NCBI GenBank assembly: GCA_001949185.1
Contig: BDGG01000011.1
Coordinates: 1,013,552-1,077,551 of the forward strand
Direction of reading: 5' to 3'
Origin: Ramazzottius varieornatus
Lineage: Eukaryota; Animalia; Tardigrada
DNA: 64,000 bases
In this document: positions 58,431 through 64,000 of the stretch, in pieces
How the letters are laid out: each line of letters begins with the position of its first letter
How positions within the stretch are numbered: the first letter of the stretch is position 1
The notes under the pieces: model-generated
Database searches by the model: none
Told to the model about the DNA's origin: nothing
Seen by the model: the letters and a program-made list of their open reading frames with translations, nothing else
Program-made: the position numbers and the translations under genes

Positions 58431-61117
58431 CTTCCAGTCCAGTGAGCAGGCAAGGAACAGTATAAAGATATGTATACAGTATCCAAAATTTAGTGTGAGG
58501 CATCAAGTGACTGGGTTGCGCATTGGCGGTTAAATACTCACAAATATCTTTTTGAGGACTTCGAATATTGCACTGTGCGATTTTCGTTCTGTCGCTTTTT
58601 CGAGGTCGGATGCGAACCAGGTTCTCAACTAAAGTGGTTCTATGGATTGTTTGTTTGTGTTCGTTACGATTCGAAACAATTGGCAAGCTGAATATGGCGG
58701 TTTCTCCGTAAGGCACTGCAAAAAGTGGCACGCAGCGGGCCTTATTTGAGAACACTTGAGCTCAAAACGGTGGCCTACTTTACGGAAGAAGCGTTTTGCA
58801 TATCCTCATGTCCCAAGTTGGTTGTCGATCCGAAGTGTGTGTAATGCCGCGCCTGTCAGATTGTTGTACTTTCGACCTGAGACACAGACACTTTAACTGT
58901 TTCCATCGGAAAAATCAGGTTAACTCCAGCTCAAAGACGCTGTTGTTGAAGTGTAAAACTTTTGACGTAAGAAATTAAAGACGGACCACGCACCAAAACC
59001 TCCGACTGTAGACGAAGTTCAGATGTCTCGTCCATATATATATGCGATCCAGTTTTGCTTCATTGTATAACTGTCCACTTGGCTTTTGAGAATAGCTCGA
59101 CTTTCCTTCCGCCATCTTCTGTAAACCAGTTCGTTCTAAAGGTAGGAGCAGGTCTGGCCTTCAGCTCGGACAGTATCGAACTAAAAAAAGACAAAAGCGT
59201 AGTCGGTTAAGGTCGGGATCACAACCGGGAATTTGGCACTGTTGTGCGAAGGAATTTCTAATCCGCTAGTCAGATCTCTTCCCGAACGAACTGTTGAGTG
59301 AACACCCGATCTCGGAAGTAGTCTTGCATGTTTTGATGCACGGGATTAATTCTTGGTCACCCGTATCGGGGGAGATTCTTTTTAGTAGCTCTATATACTG
59401 TGTCTATTAAATTGCACATGTGTGCGCATCACATGTACATTTCGATCTAGCCAATCAATTAATGAAGAACCACAGCTGATTACTTGACCGATAAAAATTC
59501 CGTTGAATTTTGTCTTCGATGGACTGCCTGAGTTTATTCGACGTTTCATTGATTTTCGTTTCGCTCATTGTTTGGTTGACTTTAAACGATTTTTGATGGT
59601 CCGGTCCACCCGGATTGACGATTGGCACGACCGACCCGGTTTGGTCTTCGTTCAAGAGATCGAGCCAAGTCGGCAACCAACTGACAGGTAGTCATGTCAG
59701 TTATTCATCTGACATAACTGTTTAACACGTCGGTTAAGATCAGTACGACGAAATCAAGAGTAGCAAGCAAAGATGGAGCAAGATGATACGATGACAGTTT
59801 TAACAGGAGGAGCTCAACAGCAATAAGGTTTTATCATACAAAATTTTACAAGTTCCAACTGCTTGCGAGTGCATCATCAACCTGCATATTAACGGTTGGC
59901 CTGCGCTCGGCCACGTGTGCGCCAGTTGAGAAAAGCAGACTCTGCGTACCTGTCCGGCCCAAACGGAAGTACGGAATACACTTCACCCGGTACTTGGCCA
60001 GGTACTTTTTTTCTTGGGACCTGACTTGCAGGTCCACCAGTTGTATTCAGCTGTCTAAGCCGGAAGTAGCAATCAAGGCTTTGATCGTGTCGGCCCGCGA
60101 TGACACGTATACGCCTATAATTGCTCATTGATTGATCAGCCGCATTTACGTACAACATTTCGTCGTCCATGGTGAATACGTCAACCGTCCGGCTTTCGGC
60201 AGTAAAACCCCAGAACGAACCGGTAACCGATCAGAGTAAATGTACCGTGAAAACGCCCTGTGCGAATAGCCTCATCGCACCTCTGGATGCTGATCCGGCA
60301 AAGCTGGATGTGCAGTAAGCGTATTGTCGGATCCTTGTTGCAAATTTTAAAAGTAGAAAGCGGCGTCTTTTGTGACGTCTTCAAGGGTAGTTACTGTACC
60401 TGTCTTGATGCTCATATCAATATCTCCACGATTGCGGCTAACTCTACTATATAAGTTTCAACTTCGAAAGGCAGGGAGAGATACTTGCGACCGGGAGCCA
60501 GCAAATTATTTTCAGTCAGGCTCTCGGTTGAGCTGGAGTGTCAAAAAAATTCTAGCTCTATTCCAACCCTCTCTGCATCATATATAGGCAATTTCATCGC
60601 AAAATCTCTGTATACTAGTATCCAAAGTCTTAAACCATCTCTTCCTTCTTGCTCTCCAAAGAACTCTCTGTCATGTCATCATTCACCTGTCTTAATCAGT
60701 GTCTGTTGCTTCTTTTCTCTTTCCTTTGAAGGAAAGTGATCCCTGCTGGACATTGATCATTGCTGATCGTCCCGTCATCCTGTTGCTTGGTTGTTGAAGC
60801 TAGCGCTCGACAACTCACCTGCAGCTGCAGGTTAGCTTTATTGGACCGGAGTCCAACTGTCGAAGGCGTGCTGGCCCAGCTGAGCAACGAAAGGGGACGA
60901 AGGACAATCGGCCATCTTTCTCTCCAAGTTCTGTCCAAGTGCAACCATATTCCAAGCTCCTCAACACCATCCGGCTTGCCATCACTACAGCTTGAGACTC
61001 AACCCGAAGGCCATACAAAACTACCAGGTACATTTTGTACCCTATGGTGCTTTGGCCAGTCTATAAGCTCCGAGAATTACTCTGCCTTCTGCGATATTCT
61101 CTTTCAGGTCTGCCGAG

Positions 61118-63946
61118 ATGCCTGTACCACAGTTTATGGGAGTAGTAGGAAAGAAACTTGTAATCCGTTACGCGAATGTTAATGGAATTAGAAGCAAGAG
61201 CAATGAAGTGAAGAGATGGATGGAAGATAGGATGGCGGACGTTGTTGCGCTGGTCGAAATCATGGCAGGACCATCTACAGCTGACTGTAGTTTCTGCGAC
61301 CCTGCCTTCTACAAACTCCAGCGTCTGGATCGATATGGCTGCCAGACAAGTACAGGAGGTGGAGTAGCTCTTGTAATCAGGAAAGAGTTCCAAATTAGGA
61401 GGATGGTAGAGTACGAATTGGTTAGGCTAGAGGTTCTTTGGGTTGAAGTGATTGCTCTGCGCATGAACTTGCTCATTGGAGTCGTCCACGCGCCAGGCTA
61501 CGACAGCGAAGTCTTCAGTAAGCTTCGCACCTCGATGGAACGGATTTCTCCACATCTGAGACGGAACATCCTTATGCTGGGCGATTTTAACTGTCCCAAC
61601 ATCTCCTGGTCAGACAAAGCTAGTGGATCCTTGAAAAGAGAACGAGACCTGTTGTCGCTACAGAGTGAATTTCGTCTATGGCAGAAAGTTTGGCAGATTA
61701 CCAGAGAACGAGGGAAAAGCTGTTCATCGCTGGACCTTGTCTTCGTTTCGCAGCTCGGTCTCATACGCAACGTGAAGACCATCAAGCCACAGGCAGCAAC
61801 TAACGATCACCATGGGCTACAGTACTTTCTGATGTTGATGACTCCGAAATTCGTCGTTAAGAGTAGAAAGCAGTGGAGAGTGGATGACGTCACATCTAAT
61901 GAGTTCCGCGGAATGCTGGCTTCGGTTGATTGGAACGGCATGTTCGATGTACAGTGTAACTCTGACGTCGCGGTTACTCAAGACGGTTGGTTTCCGACGC
62001 TTTCTTCGTCCCTCCCTTTCGGCTACGGTAGTTGAGTACCTACGAAAGTGCAGAGGCGCATATCAAAAATAGCGAAGGACAAAGGACCCAGCTGATCAGA
62101 CAGCGTGGAAAGAATTGGGAGCGCAGAAGAACAAGTTGATCCTCCGGGACAAGCATCGTCGACTCAGAAAAATTGCCACATCCTCCAGAAGAAATCCAGC
62201 CGCAGTCTGGAAGTGTATTAAGAAGAACACCGTCTGCAGTCCGATCCCACCGATTTCTGTTCCAGGCAGCGATGATCGATATCTGGTCTATCCGCAAGAT
62301 AAGGCCGAATTCATCAGCAAGACCTTTGCCGATGAGCATGTCGACTGCCCGGTCCACTACAAGGCCCATCTGCCACCTCTGCCTGTCTGTCTCATGGAGC
62401 CTGCAATTTCGCCCCGATGTCCAGACCTACTGATAACGACTACTGCCATCCTAACCATCACCAAGAAGTTGGACGTCAACAAAGCAGCTGGGTCATCTCT
62501 CATCACCAACCGTCTCCTCAAAGTTGCAGGTGTTGCCATCGTTTACCCCCTGTCAAGACTGTTCAACCTCATCATCCAAACTGGACAGTTCCCTACGGTG
62601 TGGAAGAAGGCTGACGTCGTTCCGATACCGAAGAAAGGAGGCTCCGCCTTTCGTCCCATCCTATCTTCCACCCTTGTCCAAACTCTTCAAGAAGATCCTT
62701 GCTGATCATCTGAGCAACTACCTGTACCAGAATAAGTTGTCTGACTCAGTATGGTTTCAGGAAGCAAAGGTCGACAGAGATGCAGCTAGTCCAGATGTAT
62801 CACCACTTCTCCCAAGTCTTGCTGCAGAGGAAAGAGGCCGACGGCATCCTGTTGGACTGTACGAAAGTTTCCGGCCGAATTCCGCATGACGTCATTGTTG
62901 ACAGTCATTCCAAGCATGGAGTTACTGGTCGGCTACTGGCCCTGTTTTCGGACTACCTTCGAGGCAGAAGCCAGCGAGTGATGGTCGACGGATACTTCTC
63001 CGATGATCAGCCTGTGAAGTCTGGAGTTCCACAGGGATCAGTCCTTGGTCCGACATTCTTCACGGTTGCAGTCAACAGTCTTTCCACCTGCGTCAAGTCG
63101 ACAGTTCTCCAGTACGCCGATGACGACGTCCTCCATCGCACAGTAAGCAGTAAGGATGACTGTCGTGCCCCACAAGAAGACCTGGACAACCTTGCGGTGT
63201 GGTGTCGAAATTCTGGGCTAGACATTAGTTCCAGAAAGTCCCAGCACCTCCGGATCTCGAACAAGAAAAAGAAAACGGAGATTCCAGGTGGGTCGTACAA
63301 GTTCGCGAGTGATCCAATACCTGCCGAGAATGAGGGGGAATGTCTTGGCGTGACTTACTCTAGCCGACTTGACTGGACGCCCAGGTCGATAAGGTGACAG
63401 CAAAATGCAGGAAGAGGTTGTATGCTATCAACGCATACTTCCCTCGGTGCTTCGGCTCGGTCAAGCAACTCCTGTTGAAGAGTATCGTGCGGCCAGTCAT
63501 GGCTTATGCCTCGTCGGCATGGTCTGTTTCGGTGAAAGGTCTCTAACAGGCAGCTGGAAAATATTCAGAAGAAGTTTCTCCGCAGCATCAGACTCAGCAA
63601 GATGGAAACAACAGACAGTCACGACACCGACTTTATCCAGTATCGGCAGCATCTGGCGGAAGTTCAGTGGCTTCCTCTCTAGCAAAGACGACTCGAAGGT
63701 ATATTAATTAATGCTTATAAAATCATAGCAGGTGTCTTTGCAGAGGGAAGCCGCATCATGAAGAAGGAGCTGCCAGGGAGATCAAGAACGCAGTCCAAGG
63801 AGTTTGTCCTCGCACCAGTCAGCATCGCCCCAGCTTCTTGCACCCTTCTCGATACCACGCTGTCGTCCTTCGCCTACATCGCGATGAACTTGTTGAAGGA
63901 CCCTTTGTCTATCTGCTTACTACTGGCTCATTTAAGAAATATCTAA
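61118..63946 (+). mobile_element. Decayed non-LTR retrotransposon ORF2 (APE endonuclease plus RT), CR1/L2-like
   Basis: APE: YANVNGIRSK, GGGVALVIR, LGDFNCPNISW, LDLVF, NDHH. RT: KAAG..ITNRLLK, LSRLFN..GQFPTVWKKADVVPIPKKG..FRPI, SGVPQGSVLGPTFF, LQYADD. Split by several frameshifts and stops. Confidence 0.92.
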
Positions 63947-64000
63947 AGTCTCTTAACTTTTCAGCTCTGAAAGGGTCTAAGGACCATCTTGACCACAGCT

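Noticed and set aside
1-64000. Prokaryotic operon, defence system or horizontally acquired bacterial gene
   Set aside because: All recognisable genes are animal-type, most have spliceosomal introns, and the glutaminyl cyclase is the animal Zn-dependent type.

Overview
This is compact eukaryotic (animal) genomic DNA with short GT-AG introns, so most genes had to be assembled by hand across the ORF track. The gene style (intronless orphan GPCRs with an 'NRLWAV/DRW..P..Y' motif, an ANP-receptor-like protein, ~50-100 nt introns) suggests an invertebrate, possibly a tardigrade; that is inference only. Confident calls: mitochondrial Rieske protein (UQCRFS1), a Dbx homeobox gene, glutaminyl cyclase, tRNA-Ile(AAT), two intronless class A GPCRs, an EGF/laminin-G secreted protein, a two-chromodomain protein, a peritrophin/mucin with a decayed paralogue, an LRR surface protein, a kinase pseudogene, a decayed Tc1 transposase, a decayed CR1/L2-like LINE and many foldback MITEs. 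Most interesting: (1) three small secreted Gly/Tyr/Pro-rich peptide genes, two split by an intron and one missing from the ORF track, with predicted N-terminal Gln and/or C-terminal amidation signals, in the same window as a glutaminyl cyclase; (2) a templated-insertion scar, where a 60-bp duplication flanks a segment identical to sequence 2.4 kb away; (3) a ~100-bp hairpin element found mainly in introns; (4) a Dbx recognition helix on a 30-nt microexon; (5) a protein with two widely spaced chromodomains; (6) an ANP-receptor-like protein without kinase-homology or cyclase domains.
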